Shown here piece after piece: positions 27,444 to 27,991 of a DNA stretch of 27,991 bases. The DNA is from Oligoflexus sp. (GTDB lineage Bacteria > Bdellovibrionota_B > Oligoflexia > Oligoflexales > Oligoflexaceae). The notes under the pieces were generated by a model that did not search any database, was not told where the DNA came from, and saw only the letters and a program-made list of their open reading frames with translations. Location: positions 1-27,991 of the forward strand of contig JBGSTX010000381.1 in NCBI GenBank assembly GCA_041736305.1, read 5' to 3'. The position numbers and the translations under genes are program-made. How positions within the stretch are numbered: the first letter of the stretch is position 1; each line of letters starts with the position of its first letter.

Positions 27444-27991
27444 AGAGTTCTCCGGGGCTGAGGTTGAGGACGAAGATTCTGCATTTTTTCCGAGAAGGCG
27501 CGTTTGCGAAAATCATCCCCGTTCAGTTCAAGCAGATCAGAGGTTTCGAAAAGCCGCGAATAGATGCGCGAGCCCACGCGCTGCTCAAGACTCTCGAAGC
27601 GGTCTAAATCAAAGCTACCAGGCTTCTTCTCGTCGAGCGAGCCATTGCCTAGGTTGACTCTTTCCGTCGGCTTAAGATCGTAATTGGTCGAAGCCACGAT
27701 GATCTTATTGCGATTGTAACGACCCATCACCAGCTGGTCCAGAATCGAGGCCTCCCAATCACTGTTGCGACCCTTACCTAGCTCATCGACCAGAAGAATA
27801 TCGACTTCGATCAGCTCGTTCAGCAGATTCGCATCGTTTTTGTCGTTCGCATAACCTGACTTTAGTTCGAGCAGCAGTTGGAAAAAATCAACGAAGCGAA
27901 CGCTGATGCCGCGACTGGCAAAGTTCTTGGCGATGGCAGCCAGCAGGTACGTTTTGCCAACGCCCACAGGCCCACCCAGCAACAGCCCGCG
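27440..27991 (-). CDS. DnaC/IstB-like AAA+ ATP-binding protein (partial, 5' end outside window)
   Basis: Walker A GPVGVGKT, Walker B LLVDELG, RYN, STN, RIYSRLFE, GDDFR. The frame is open to the window edge. Confidence 0.88.
   Translation of the reverse strand, partial: RGLLLGGPVGVGKTYLLAAIAKNFASRGISVRFVDFFQLLLELKSGYANDKNDANLLNELIEVDILLVDELGKGRNSDWEASILDQLVMGRYNRNKIIVASTNYDLKPTERVNLGNGSLDEKKPGSFDLDRFESLEQRVGSRIYSRLFETSDLLELNGDDFRKRAFSEKMQNLRPQPQPRRTL

Noticed and set aside
1-27991. CRISPR array or rRNA
   Set aside because: No regularly spaced repeats or rRNA-like sequence seen.

Overview
Bacterial genomic window. Gene content (many secreted, outer-membrane and c-type cytochrome hypotheticals, CHASE2 cyclase plus FecR, hemJ, a DnaC/IstB-like ATPase) is reminiscent of Bdellovibrionota/Oligoflexia, but this taxonomy is inference only. 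The left arm (1-15.8 kb) has an N-terminally truncated TnpB-like fragment at the edge, divergent iron permease and VIT1/CCC1 genes, a lipoprotein vanadium haloperoxidase, DUF1398, an Omp85-family protein, a FecR/CHASE2 adenylate cyclase pair and several hypotheticals. The key locus is 16.0-20.1 kb. A minus-strand tRNA-Leu(UAA) (19790-20124) is split by a 248-nt group I intron. A second, partial copy lies 3609 bp away at 16318-16513. It has a degenerate tRNA 5' half, a sequence-divergent but structurally compensated P1/P2, and a 108-bp core identical to the intact intron. Between the copies are a tyrosine recombinase, an IS701-like fragment and an AAA+/DUF4143 ATPase, with a broken HEPN (HI0074-like) gene just outside. 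This resembles an integrative element whose attachment site lies inside a self-splicing intron. The right arm has a matrixin/OMP operon, degenerate HD-GYP and GGDEF proteins, a di-heme lipoprotein, hemJ, and a DnaC/IstB-like ATPase followed by an apparent degenerate paralog.
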